A DNA stretch of 64,000 bases from an uncultured Chloroflexia bacterium (GTDB taxonomy: Bacteria > Chloroflexota > Limnocylindria > Limnocylindrales > CSP1-4): the NCBI GenBank assembly GCA_963724095.1, contig CAVRTH010000001.1:66754-130753 (forward strand). The letters run 5' to 3'. The translations under genes and the position numbers were made by a program. Under the pieces are notes generated by a model that worked only from the letters and a program-made list of their open reading frames with translations, did no database searches and was not told the DNA's origin. Shown here piece after piece: positions 41,174-50,545 of this stretch. How positions within the stretch are numbered: position 1 is the first letter of the stretch; every line of letters begins with the position of its first letter.

Positions 41174-42759
41174 CCGTGACACTTCCGGCTGAGGCCCCCA
41201 TCTCGTTGCGTGTGCCCATGCGCGCAGAGCATGTCACCAAGGTCTTCCCCGGGACGACAGCCCTCGACGATGTGACGTTCGACGTCTTCGAAGGACAGGT
41301 CAACGTGCTGGTGGGTGAGAACGGCGCCGGCAAGTCCACGCTGATGAAGGTCCTCGCGGGAGTGGAGCAGCCAACCGAGGGACGCATCTTCATCGACGGC
41401 GAGCCGGTGGTGCTGCCCAGCGTCACGGTGGCCGCCGAGCAGGGCGTCGGGATCATCTTCCAGGAGCTCAACCTGTGTACCAACCTGACCGTGTTGGACA
41501 ACCTCTTCCTGGCGCAGGAGATGACCCGTGGTCCGGCCATCGACCGCGGCGCCCAGAAGAGGCTGGCGCTTGAGCTGCTGGAGCGACTGGGTCAAGACAT
41601 CGACCCTGACGAACTGGTCAGCAACCTGCGCATCGGCCAGCAGCAGATCGTCGAGATCGCGAAGGCCCTCACCCACGACGTCCGCGTGCTGATCATGGAC
41701 GAGCCCACCTCCGCGCTCAGCCAGGCCGAGGTGGAGGGTCTCTTCCGCATCATCGAAGACCTCAAGGCCCGGGGAGTGGCCATCGTCTACATCAGCCACA
41801 AGCTGGAGGAATTGCTGCAGGTGGGCGACCACGTCACGGTGCTGCGCGACGGCAGGGTCGTGGCCCATGCCCAGGCAGCCGACATCGACGTCGCCTGGAT
41901 CATCGAACAGATGGTGGGCCGCTCCCCGGCCTCGCTGTTCTCGCGTACACAGCACGAGATCGGGGAGACGCTGTTGCAGGTCTCGGATGTGACGCTGCCG
42001 CGACTGGGGGGTGGATACCTGCTCGACCACGTCTCGCTGGAAGTGCACGCCGGCGAGATCCTGGGCATGTATGGGCTGATGGGAGCCGGCCGCACCGAGC
42101 TCATGGAGGTGCTGGCGGGAGTGCGCCCGGAGGCCAGCGGCGAGATCCGGCTTCAGGGCCGGGAGCTGGGCCGTGCCAACGTGGCTGATCGGATCGACGC
42201 GGGCATCGTGCTGGTCCCCGAGGACCGCAAGACGGTGGGCCTGGTGCCGACCCTGTCGGTAGCCCACAACATGGTGCTTGCCAGCCTGAAGCGCTACCTG
42301 AACCGGTTCTACCTTTCGGGGAGCAAGGAGCGCACGGCCGTCGAGCAGATGATCGACGACCTCTCGGTGCGCGTGGCCGATCCGAAGAACAACATCGGCT
42401 CGCTCAGCGGCGGTAACCAGCAGAAGGTGGTGGTCGCCAAGGGCCTGCTGACCGAGCCCAAGGTGCTGCTGCTCGATGAGCCGACCCGCGGCATCGACGT
42501 CGGCGCCAAGTCAGAGATCTTCCAGATCATGAGCCGGCTGGCCACCGAGGGCTTCGGCATCGTCTTCGTCTCGTCCGAGCTCAAGGAGGTCATGGCCATG
42601 TCCGACCGCATCCTCGTCCTGTCGAAGGGCGAGGTGGTGGCCGAGTTCGAGGGCGATCGGGCGACCGAGAAGGAACTGGTGGACGCGTCAGCCGTCGGTC
42701 ATGGACCTGCGGGAGCGACCACTTCAATCGAGAGAGGGACAGTCGAGGTGATCCAGTGA
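41170..42759 (+). CDS. Sugar ABC transporter ATP-binding protein (duplicated NBD, RbsA/MglA type)
   Basis: Two NBDs: GENGAGKST..LIMDEPTSAL and GLMGAGRTE..LSGGNQQK..LLLDEPTRGID. Confidence 0.92.
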   Translation: MTVTLPAEAPISLRVPMRAEHVTKVFPGTTALDDVTFDVFEGQVNVLVGENGAGKSTLMKVLAGVEQPTEGRIFIDGEPVVLPSVTVAAEQGVGIIFQELNLCTNLTVLDNLFLAQEMTRGPAIDRGAQKRLALELLERLGQDIDPDELVSNLRIGQQQIVEIAKALTHDVRVLIMDEPTSALSQAEVEGLFRIIEDLKARGVAIVYISHKLEELLQVGDHVTVLRDGRVVAHAQAADIDVAWIIEQMVGRSPASLFSRTQHEIGETLLQVSDVTLPRLGGGYLLDHVSLEVHAGEILGMYGLMGAGRTELMEVLAGVRPEASGEIRLQGRELGRANVADRIDAGIVLVPEDRKTVGLVPTLSVAHNMVLASLKRYLNRFYLSGSKERTAVEQMIDDLSVRVADPKNNIGSLSGGNQQKVVVAKGLLTEPKVLLLDEPTRGIDVGAKSEIFQIMSRLATEGFGIVFVSSELKEVMAMSDRILVLSKGEVVAEFEGDRATEKELVDASAVGHGPAGATTSIERGTVEVIQ

Positions 42760-43862
42760 CGGCGAACGCGCAGGCCGCCCATGGCCGCAGCAGGACCGGG
42801 ACCGATGTGGCGCAGTTCCTGCTCCGCGGCCGGGCCTTCATCGCGCTCATCGTGCTGGCGGCATTCTTCGCCTGGGCAGAGAGCTCCTTCCTGACCGGCG
42901 CCAACATCGAGATCCTCATCAAGCAGACGGCGCTCAATGGCATCCTGGCCATCGGCATGACCTTCGTCATCCTGACCGGCGGCATCGACCTCTCGGTGGG
43001 CTCGATCGTGGGCTTCACCGGCATCATCGCCGGGCTGCTCTTCAACGAAGGCCTGCAGATCGGCGACTGGATCGTGTTCCCGCACACGTGGATGGTGCTG
43101 CTGATGGCCCTGGCGGCCGGCACCTCCCTTGGCGCCATCAACGGCTTCATCATCACCCGCTTCAACGTGGCCCCGTTCATCGCCACGCTCGGAATGCTGA
43201 TGGTGGCACGCGGGCTGGCCGGGCTGATCAACGGCGGCAAGACGTTCCCCAACCTGGTGGGCAAGGAGGAGCTGGGCAATACCGGCTTCCGCGAGCTGGG
43301 CACCGGCTCGCTCCTGGGCGTGGTGCCGTGGGCCATCGTCATCCTCGTGGCCTTCGCCGCGGTAGCCTGGTTCGTGACCTCCCGCACGCCATTCGGTCGC
43401 GCCGTCTATGCGGTCGGCGGCAATGAGCGCTCAGCGGAACTCTCCGGCGTGCGCGTCAACCGCACCAAGATGATCGTGTACATGATCAGCGGCTTCTGTG
43501 CCGCGACGGTCGGGCTCATCATCGCCAGCCAGCTGGTGGCGGCACACCCGGCCACGGGCCAGTACTTCGAGCTGTACGCCATCGCGGCAGTGGTGCTCGG
43601 AGGCACCTCGCTGGCGGGCGGGCGCGGCACGATCCTGGGAACCATCATCGGCGCCCTGGTCATCGGCACGCTCAACAACGGCCTCACGCTGATGGGCATC
43701 TCCTCGTTCTCGAAGCTGATCATCACCGGCGTCGTCATCGTGCTGGCACTGATCATCGACCAGCTCCAGCAACGCGCCGAGCGGCGTCTGGCCCTGCAAC
43801 AGCAGGCGGCCCAGGTCGGCGCTTCCGCCGATCCACCCACATCGACATCCCACCAGGACTGA
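42756..43862 (+). CDS. Sugar ABC transporter permease (RbsC/branched-chain type)
   Basis: GTGA overlap with the ATPase gene. ~10 TM helices, ..LTGGIDLSVGS.., ..GGTSLAGGRG... Confidence 0.9.
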   Translation: MTANAQAAHGRSRTGTDVAQFLLRGRAFIALIVLAAFFAWAESSFLTGANIEILIKQTALNGILAIGMTFVILTGGIDLSVGSIVGFTGIIAGLLFNEGLQIGDWIVFPHTWMVLLMALAAGTSLGAINGFIITRFNVAPFIATLGMLMVARGLAGLINGGKTFPNLVGKEELGNTGFRELGTGSLLGVVPWAIVILVAFAAVAWFVTSRTPFGRAVYAVGGNERSAELSGVRVNRTKMIVYMISGFCAATVGLIIASQLVAAHPATGQYFELYAIAAVVLGGTSLAGGRGTILGTIIGALVIGTLNNGLTLMGISSFSKLIITGVVIVLALIIDQLQQRAERRLALQQQAAQVGASADPPTSTSHQD

Positions 43863-43960
43863 AAGGAGGGCGACCAGGAACCTACAGAGTTGCGACCCAA
43901 CGGAGTGAGCGGACCGCACCGGAACTGCCGGCGCGTGAAGTGAGAACAGTGGAGGAACGA

Positions 43961-44959
43961 ATGTTCAACAAGACCGGCGTGCGCAGCGCGCTCGTCATCA
44001 GCGCCGTGGTGGCACTGACCGCCTCGCAGGGCATCATCGCCACCGCGCAGGATGATGCGATGACCGACAAGGGCATGATCTGTGTGATCGTGCCTCCGGT
44101 CGAGAACCCCTTCTTCGGCGCCATGCAGCAGATCGCTGCGGACAAGGCCGAGGAGCTCGGCTACACCACCAGCCGCCTCGTCCACAACGACGACGCCAAC
44201 ACGCAGCTGGAGCTCTTCCAGACCTGCATCACCCAGGGCGCCGTGGCCATCATCCTCGACAACGCGGGCGCTGACGCGACCGTCGCTGCCGTACAGGAAG
44301 CCGCTGACGCCGGCATCCCCAGCTTCCTGGTCGACCGTGAGATCACCGCTGACGGCGTGGCCGTCGCGCAGATCGTCTCGAACAACTACCAGGGCGCGAC
44401 CATCCTCGCCGAGGAGTTCGCGACGCTGATGGGCGAAACGGGCACCTATATCGAACTGACCGGCAAGGACACCGATACCAACGCCCACGTCCGCAGCCAG
44501 GGCTATCACGACGTCCTGGACGAGATCCCCGACATGGAGATGGTCGCCCAGCAGACCGCCAACTGGAGCCAGGACGAGGGCTTCACCGTCACCGAGCAGC
44601 TGCTCCAGCAGTTCCCCGATGTCAAGGGCATCATCGCCGGCAACGACACCATGGCCCTTGGGGCCCAGGCTGCCGTTGCGGCAGCCGGCAAGCCCGGCAT
44701 CATCGTCGTCGGGTTCGACGGCAGTGACGATGCCATCCAGAGCATCAACGCTGGCGAGCTGAAGGCCACTTCGCTCCAGCCTGTCGCCGAGATGGCGCTG
44801 CAGGCCGCGATCCAGGCCGACGCCTACATCACCGCTGGCGGCATGACCGACATGCCCGAGAAGCAGTCCATCGACATGGTGCTGATCACGCCCGATAACG
44901 CGTGTGACTACTACCAGTTCGCACCGGTAGATGCCGGCACGAGCCCCGACTGCCAGTAG
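43961..44959 (+). CDS. Sugar ABC transporter substrate-binding protein (RbsB-like periplasmic binding fold)
   Basis: ATG after GGAGGA, a signal sequence, ..VPPVENPFF.., ..DNAGAD.., ..VDREI.., ..GNDTMALGA... Confidence 0.88.
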   Translation: MFNKTGVRSALVISAVVALTASQGIIATAQDDAMTDKGMICVIVPPVENPFFGAMQQIAADKAEELGYTTSRLVHNDDANTQLELFQTCITQGAVAIILDNAGADATVAAVQEAADAGIPSFLVDREITADGVAVAQIVSNNYQGATILAEEFATLMGETGTYIELTGKDTDTNAHVRSQGYHDVLDEIPDMEMVAQQTANWSQDEGFTVTEQLLQQFPDVKGIIAGNDTMALGAQAAVAAAGKPGIIVVGFDGSDDAIQSINAGELKATSLQPVAEMALQAAIQADAYITAGGMTDMPEKQSIDMVLITPDNACDYYQFAPVDAGTSPDCQ

Positions 44960-45078
44960 GCAGGATCCGTACCGAACGTGAGCGGAGGCCGGCCGGTTCG
45001 CTAGCCGGCTGACGCTCGCAGCACGGGCCGCGTGCGCTGACCCGCAGAAAGGGTCGGCCGCGCGGCCTTCGTGTGAGC

Positions 45079-45155
45079 TGGTAGGGGAGCCAGGATTTCG
45101 AACCTGGAACCAGTCGGATATAAGCCGACCGCTCTAACCGTTGAGCTACTCCCCC
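45079..45155 (-). tRNA. tRNA-Ile, anticodon UAU, CCA-encoded, with an 8-nt T-loop
   Basis: Hand-folded from the reverse complement: GGGGGAG-UA-GCUC-AACGGUUA-GAGC-G-GUCGG-CUUAUAU-CCGAC-UGGUU-CCAGG-UUCGAAAU-CCUGG-CUCCCCU-A-CCA. All stems pair (G1:U72 wobble). U8, A14, GG18/19, U33 and A37 are present. A73, U12:A23 and C29:G41 match Ile identity elements. It is 77 nt against the canonical 76. Confidence 0.8.
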
Positions 45156-45196
45156 ACCGGGGTGCGCGGTTGCGCCCGTCGATGCTAGCAAAAGCG

Positions 45197-45628
45197 CTAG
45201 GGCAGGAGTGGCCGCAGCATCTCGAAGATGATGACGAGCGAGAGATAGACGATGGGGATACTGGCGAAGAAGCCCAGCACCGCGGCCCACGCCGAGCGGC
45301 GCTTCTGCCCGGGCACGCCGGTCGGCAGCTCCACCCACAGGTAGGTGAAGACGGTGCCGCTGATGATGACCGCCGCCACGTAGACGAGCGGTCCCAGGTC
45401 CAGCATGAAGCTGGGCAGCACAGCGTGGCTCGCGAGCCAGTCGCTGAGCAGCAGGATGATGCCGCCGACGGTGGCGACAGCCACGTTGGCCAGCACCGCG
45501 CGCACCACGGGGGGCGGGGCGTTGCGCGCCTGGCGCCAGCGGATCTCCCATTCAGAGCGATGGCGCACCTCGCGCGGCGCCGGTCCGCGATCGTCGGGTG
45601 TGTGGGGGGCTCCGGAGACGTCCGTCAC
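45197..45628 (-). CDS. Small membrane protein, unknown function
   Basis: 143 aa with a charged N-terminus then 3 hydrophobic helices. Its start overlaps the upstream gene's stop. Confidence 0.55.
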   Translation of the reverse strand: MTDVSGAPHTPDDRGPAPREVRHRSEWEIRWRQARNAPPPVVRAVLANVAVATVGGIILLLSDWLASHAVLPSFMLDLGPLVYVAAVIISGTVFTYLWVELPTGVPGQKRRSAWAAVLGFFASIPIVYLSLVIIFEMLRPLLP

Positions 45629-46782
45629 GCGCCCTCCTCAGGGTCCCCGGGGCCACTGATGATCGTCAGCGTTGGTCGCCGCGGCAGGGTCTGGGGCGTA
45701 TGGGCGGCGATCTCGGCCAGGCGCCCGATGAGACGTTCGAGCTCGCGCTCGCGATTCCAGGCCGCCACGCTGACACGGACGAGGTCGGCCTCGGCGTCCG
45801 ACTCGACGATGGCGAAGATGCTGCGGCCCAGCTCCTCGGCCACGCTCTCAGCGTCCCACCCGGCGACATGGAATGCGGCCAGCGCGCCGTGGGCTCCGGC
45901 GGCGGCCACCTCCACGCCCTCGATGGTGGCGAGATCCTCGTAGAGCTGGTCCGCGAGGGCCACCGTCCGGTCGATGGCCCACGGCAGCTCCACGTACATC
46001 AGCAGCCAGCCGATGCTGCGGGCCAACGCCAGCAGTGACCCACGCGCGAACGGCGCGCAAGCGAGTCGCAGCCAGGCGGGTAGCTCCGCACCCATCGCGG
46101 GTGCCACCCAGGCGATCGCCACTGCATCCGGACCCAGTAGCCAGCGGTGACCGTCGGCCACGACGAAGTCGGCGCCCAGCTCCTCGACGTCCGTGGGCAG
46201 CGCGCCAGCGCTCAGACCAGCATCGACCAACACCCGCGCACCCGCCTTATGAGCTGCCTTGGCGACGGCCGCGACATCGGCGAGGCGGCCGTCGCGGTCT
46301 ACGTGGGCCAAGGCCACGAGGGCGACATCGGCAGACGGGATGCGCGGGACCTCAGCCAGCACCTCGACGTTGGCGCCGGCGACATCGGCGACGTCACGGA
46401 TAGCTGCCGCGAGGACGGGATCCAGGCCGGCCCACAGCAGCACGCGCTGCACGTCGTGATCGGGTCGCTCGAGGACCTCGATGGCGAAGAGGCGAGCGGC
46501 CTCCGCGGCACCGTGGGTGAGCACGATGCGCTCCGGGGACGCCTTCAGCACGGCAGCTGCCACCGCTCGAGCCTCGCGCTCACGCTGGGCCATGTCTTCG
46601 ACGCGATCGGGACCGGCGCGACCGATGCGCATCTCCATCTCGTCCGACTCGTGGACGGCCGCCATCGTCTCGCTGGGGATGGGCCCGGCCAGGTGCGTGA
46701 CCAAGTTGATACCCGCGCCGCTGGCGGTCAGGACATCACGCAGACCCCGGACACGGTCGAAGCGGCGAGGCGGCTCACTCAT
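45625..46782 (-). CDS. Aminotransferase class V-fold PLP-dependent enzyme
   Basis: 385 aa. The overall pattern (..LTHGAAEA.., ..VDAG.SAGALP.., ..DFVVADGHRWLLGP..) resembles cysteine desulfurase/kynureninase-like class V enzymes. This assignment is from memory only. Confidence 0.55.
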   Translation of the reverse strand: MSEPPRRFDRVRGLRDVLTASGAGINLVTHLAGPIPSETMAAVHESDEMEMRIGRAGPDRVEDMAQREREARAVAAAVLKASPERIVLTHGAAEAARLFAIEVLERPDHDVQRVLLWAGLDPVLAAAIRDVADVAGANVEVLAEVPRIPSADVALVALAHVDRDGRLADVAAVAKAAHKAGARVLVDAGLSAGALPTDVEELGADFVVADGHRWLLGPDAVAIAWVAPAMGAELPAWLRLACAPFARGSLLALARSIGWLLMYVELPWAIDRTVALADQLYEDLATIEGVEVAAAGAHGALAAFHVAGWDAESVAEELGRSIFAIVESDAEADLVRVSVAAWNRERELERLIGRLAEIAAHTPQTLPRRPTLTIISGPGDPEEGA

Positions 46783-46812
46783 GGCCGGGTGAAGGCATGG
46801 CTCATGTGCTCA

Positions 46813-48561
46813 TCATCGCTCAGGCACAGCGGGCTTCGTTTCCTCCACCCGCTCATCGGTCAGCACGCCGAAACGGCCGCCACCCTGCAGCCGCTCATAG
46901 AGCGCCGCGACCGTACTCAGACGGTCGATCTCGGCGGGGGTCTTGTCATCTCGGATACGGACGATCCGAGGAAAGCGCAGCGCGAAACCTGAGGTATGGC
47001 GGCCGGACGCGTGTACCACGTCGAAGGCGATCTCGACGACGATGCGTGGTTCCACCAGGCGGTAGCGTCCGTGGGAGCTGATGGTGTGAGCCTCGAACCA
47101 GCGCGTCATCTCCGCGATCTCGGCATCGGTCAGACCGCTGTAGGCCTTGCCGATGGTGACGAAGGCAGCCGCTTCCGCCTCGGGCCGGTCGTCGAGCACG
47201 GCGAAGGTGTAGTCCGAGAGCAGGCCATGGCGCCGACCGTGGCCGAACTCCACGCCCACAACCACGCAGTCGAGCGTGGTCAACGCCTTCTTCAGCTTCA
47301 ACCAGGCGTAGCCGCGGCGGCCGGGAGCGTAGATCGAATCGGGGTCCTTCAGCATCAGGCCTTCATTGCCCCGCTCCTGTGCCCCCGCGAAGATGCGTTC
47401 CAGCTCGACCACGTCGGCGGCGTCTGCCAAGGCCGCCAGCCCGAAGCCGGGCGCCTGCGGCAGTTCCAGAGCTTCCAGCCGGCGGCGGCGCTCGCGCAAG
47501 GGGCGGCGCAACAGCGGCTCGGGTGGTTCGCCGCGGGCACTCAGCGCCAGCGCGTCGAAGCCGACGTAGATGACCGGCACCTCGGCGCAGATGGCAGCCG
47601 ACGGCCGCTTGCGACCGAGCCGCGACTGCAGGGCCAGGAAGGGCAGGGCCAGACCGCCCTTCCAGGCCAGGATCTCGCCATCGAGGATGCCGTCCCAGTC
47701 GAGCCCAGCGGCCGCCTCGACGATCTCGGGGAACTGACCACTGACATCGTTGAGGTCGCGACTGTAGAGCCGGACTTCAGCACCCTCCTTGTGCAGCTGC
47801 GCGCGGATGCCGTCGTACTTGTCCTCCACCCACACCGGAGGATCCAGGCGGGCGAGTGCGCTCGCTTCGTCCGCGATGGGCGAGGCCAGCATCGATCTCA
47901 ACGGGTGGAAGAGCGAAAGACGCGCCGAATCGAGCGCATCAGACCGCGCCAACTCCACGGTGTGGCCCATGTCGCCGGTGAGCATACCTGCCCACTGCAC
48001 GGCCGCCAGGTCACGCCCGAAGGCGGTGGCGATGCCTGTTTCGAGGTGGCCCACACGCAGGCCGATGCGCAACTCGCCGCCGAGGATGGCGATGACATAG
48101 CGCGCGCTGAGTGGATCGGCACGATGGAGCAGCCCGGCAAGGACGGCCGCCTTGGCCTCGCGACCACGTGCTGCCGCCAGCGCCCCGTAGCCGCCAGCGA
48201 CATCGGAGAGCTCCAGTACCGGGCCATCGGGCGCGTGTCCCACCTGCGTCAACAGCTCACCGACCGCGATGCCCAGATCGGAGGAGCGGTCGTAGGCGCG
48301 CCGAAGTGCCTCCGGCTCGACAGCGGCGACATCTTGCACGATGGCGGAGATGGCAGCCCAGCCAAGGCCCGTCTTGCGTCCGTCGCGCTCGGGAAAGGGA
48401 CGGCCGCTGAGGAAGACGACGGCCCAGGCGAGATCGGCAGTGCCGAGCGTGCGAAGGTAGGCGGCCACGATGGCGCTCTTCTCCGACGTCTTGCGCGTGG
48501 CCCGGATGCGTTCGGCCGTCTCGGCCCAGCGCCGCATCGAGGCCGATCCTGCTCGGCTCAT
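46813..48561 (-). CDS. ATP-dependent DNA ligase (DBD + adenylation + OB domains)
   Basis: 582 aa with VEDKYDGIRAQLH (motif I KxDG), ..SRDLNDV.., ..LDGEILAW.., ..EGLMLK.., ..WLKLKK... Confidence 0.9.
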   Translation of the reverse strand: MSRAGSASMRRWAETAERIRATRKTSEKSAIVAAYLRTLGTADLAWAVVFLSGRPFPERDGRKTGLGWAAISAIVQDVAAVEPEALRRAYDRSSDLGIAVGELLTQVGHAPDGPVLELSDVAGGYGALAAARGREAKAAVLAGLLHRADPLSARYVIAILGGELRIGLRVGHLETGIATAFGRDLAAVQWAGMLTGDMGHTVELARSDALDSARLSLFHPLRSMLASPIADEASALARLDPPVWVEDKYDGIRAQLHKEGAEVRLYSRDLNDVSGQFPEIVEAAAGLDWDGILDGEILAWKGGLALPFLALQSRLGRKRPSAAICAEVPVIYVGFDALALSARGEPPEPLLRRPLRERRRRLEALELPQAPGFGLAALADAADVVELERIFAGAQERGNEGLMLKDPDSIYAPGRRGYAWLKLKKALTTLDCVVVGVEFGHGRRHGLLSDYTFAVLDDRPEAEAAAFVTIGKAYSGLTDAEIAEMTRWFEAHTISSHGRYRLVEPRIVVEIAFDVVHASGRHTSGFALRFPRIVRIRDDKTPAEIDRLSTVAALYERLQGGGRFGVLTDERVEETKPAVPER

Positions 48562-48625
48562 CCAACCATCCTAGTGGTGCGCCGGACGTGCCCGGGCCCG
48601 TCCGGGTGCGCTAGCATCGCTGGCC

Positions 48626-49213
48626 ATGGTCACGCTCGAGCAGCAGCGCCAGGTCTGGCACCCCGCCACCATCAAGGGCGCGGAAGTGCTGCTGCGCCAT
48701 CACCAGCCGGACGACCTCGCCGACGTTCGCCGCTGGTACCAGGATCCCGAGATCGGTCGTCTCACGCGCTACTCCCTGCGACCGATGAACGTGGATGAGA
48801 TCGACCGCTTCTTCCACGGCCGCCTGCTGTCGCCCGAACAGGTCGGCTACGCCATCGTCGTCCGCGAGAGTGGGCGGCTGATCGGTTCGACCACCTTCAG
48901 CAACCTCGATCCCGACAATGGCTCGACGCTCTTCCACATCAGCATCGGCGAGCCCGACGCGTGGGGCAAGGGCTACGGCACCGAGGCCACTGAGCTGATG
49001 CTCTGGCTGGCATTCGAACGTATCGGCCTGCATCGGGTGGCACTCTCGGTCTTCAGCTTCAACTCACGCGCCATCCGCAGCTACGAGAAGGCCGGCTTCT
49101 TGCTGGAGGGTCGACATCGAGAGGCGATCCTGCGCGATGGCGGTCGCTGGGACGAGTTGACCATGGGCATCCTGGCTCCGGAGTGGGCGGCTCGGCACGA
49201 GCCGCGAACCTAG
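48626..49213 (+). CDS. GNAT N-acetyltransferase (RimJ/RimL-like)
   Basis: ..WGKGYGTEATELMLWLAFERIGLHRVALSVFSFNSRAIRSYEKAGF.. Confidence 0.85.
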   Translation: MVTLEQQRQVWHPATIKGAEVLLRHHQPDDLADVRRWYQDPEIGRLTRYSLRPMNVDEIDRFFHGRLLSPEQVGYAIVVRESGRLIGSTTFSNLDPDNGSTLFHISIGEPDAWGKGYGTEATELMLWLAFERIGLHRVALSVFSFNSRAIRSYEKAGFLLEGRHREAILRDGGRWDELTMGILAPEWAARHEPRT

Positions 49214-49220
49214 GATCGCC

Positions 49221-49844
49221 TCAGACGACGCCGCCCAGCAGCAGGACTCCCAGTCCGATCATGACCACGCCGCTGCCGACCGAAGCCCACCGGAGGCGTC
49301 TCGGTGCGACCGAGAACCAGCCCCGAGCGTGAGCAGCAGCCAGCACCCAGGCACTATCGAAGACGATGGCGAGCAGGCAGAACCACCCGCCCAGCACGAG
49401 CATCTGGGCCGCCGCTGAGCCGACGGCAGGCTCCACGTACCGTGGTAGCAGCGTAGCCAGGATCACGAGCGACTTGGGGTTACTGGCTCCCACCAGGAAG
49501 CCGTCACGCAGCGGCGCGACCGGGGGCCGCGGGATCGTCTCGAGTGCTGCCGGGGCTTGGTCGCGCCGGCGGACGGCACCGATGCCGAGCCACACCAGGC
49601 AACCACAACCAGCCAGCGTCAGGGCCGTGTTCGCCACCTGGTGACGACCCACGATGGTCGCAAGTCCGACCGCCACGATGAAGGCTTGGGCGAAGAGACC
49701 GCCGGCGTTGCCCAGGACGGTGAACAACGCCGGGCGACGACCGCCGACGATGGCGCGGCCGACGGCGAACACGACACTGGGCCCAGGCACCGCGATGATG
49801 GCGATGGAGACCATGGTGAAACTGCAGATCGTCGCCTGGTCCAT
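49221..49844 (-). CDS. LysE/RhtB-family amino-acid exporter
   Basis: From MDQATICSFTMVSIAIIAVPGPSVVF.. (the PGP motif). 6 TM helices. Divergent from an Lrp gene. Confidence 0.8.
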   Translation of the reverse strand: MDQATICSFTMVSIAIIAVPGPSVVFAVGRAIVGGRRPALFTVLGNAGGLFAQAFIVAVGLATIVGRHQVANTALTLAGCGCLVWLGIGAVRRRDQAPAALETIPRPPVAPLRDGFLVGASNPKSLVILATLLPRYVEPAVGSAAAQMLVLGGWFCLLAIVFDSAWVLAAAHARGWFSVAPRRLRWASVGSGVVMIGLGVLLLGGVV

Positions 49845-49925
49845 GCCGACATCTTGGCGCCGAATGGGGTGAGATAGGCACACAGCAGTCGCCGTCTTGG
49901 CACAAGTACTGCGATAATCACTGTC

Positions 49926-50366
49926 ATGGACCATATCGACCGCGATATCCTAAGTCAGCTTGCTCGCGATGGGCGCATGCGCTGGGGCGAGCTGGCCGCT
50001 GCCGTGCACCTCTCCCCCAACGCCGTTGCGGATCGGGTGCGACGGCTGCAGCGCAGCGGCGTCATCAGCGGCTTCTCGGTGGAGCGCGACTGGTCAGCAT
50101 CGGGGCGTCCGATCCACGCCTATGTCGATGTCAAGCTCGCGCCAGGTGTCAGAGGCGGGCACTTCGAGGCGGAGCTGGCTCTGCACGATGCCGTCACCGA
50201 GGCCCACCACGTCACCGGTCGCCACGACTACCTCATCAGCGGTCACTTCGCGGACCTCGCCGCAGTCGATGCTCTCCTTGGTGAACTGAAGGCGCATGGC
50301 CTCGTCGCCGAGAGCGAGACCCGCTTCGTCCTGCGCTCGGTGAACGGCCTCAGGCCCGGCGACTGA
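49926..50366 (+). CDS. Lrp/AsnC-family transcriptional regulator
   Basis: MDHIDRDILSQLARDGRMRWGELAAAVHLSPNAVADRVRRLQRSGVI.. plus a RAM domain. Confidence 0.9.
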   Translation: MDHIDRDILSQLARDGRMRWGELAAAVHLSPNAVADRVRRLQRSGVISGFSVERDWSASGRPIHAYVDVKLAPGVRGGHFEAELALHDAVTEAHHVTGRHDYLISGHFADLAAVDALLGELKAHGLVAESETRFVLRSVNGLRPGD

Positions 50367-50476
50367 GCCCGTCCACCCCCCCGTAGGGCGACCTGGCCAT
50401 CCTTAAGGGCATCCGCACCCCGAGACGCCTCAGCGCGAGCCGATCCAACGCTGCAGGAGCGGGGTGAGGCCACGGT

Positions 50477-50516
50477 CTCGTTCGTGAATTAGAACGAGCG
50501 CCCGGCTCAGAGCCGG
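50477..50516 (-). terminator. Two adjacent perfect hairpins downstream of the PFOR/DHOD-like operon
   Basis: CTCGTTC-N8-GAACGAG (50477-50498) and CCGGCT-cag-AGCCGG (50502-50516), 30-70 nt after the stop at 50546. No clear U-tract. Confidence 0.35.
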
Positions 50517-50545
50517 ACGCTCGTCGGACTGTCCAGGTAGCAGGG

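Noticed and set aside
44960-45200. The tRNA as an integration site for a genomic island.
   Set aside because: No integrase, direct repeat of the tRNA 3' end, or compositional break is visible on either side. The flanking genes are an ABC binding protein and a small membrane protein.
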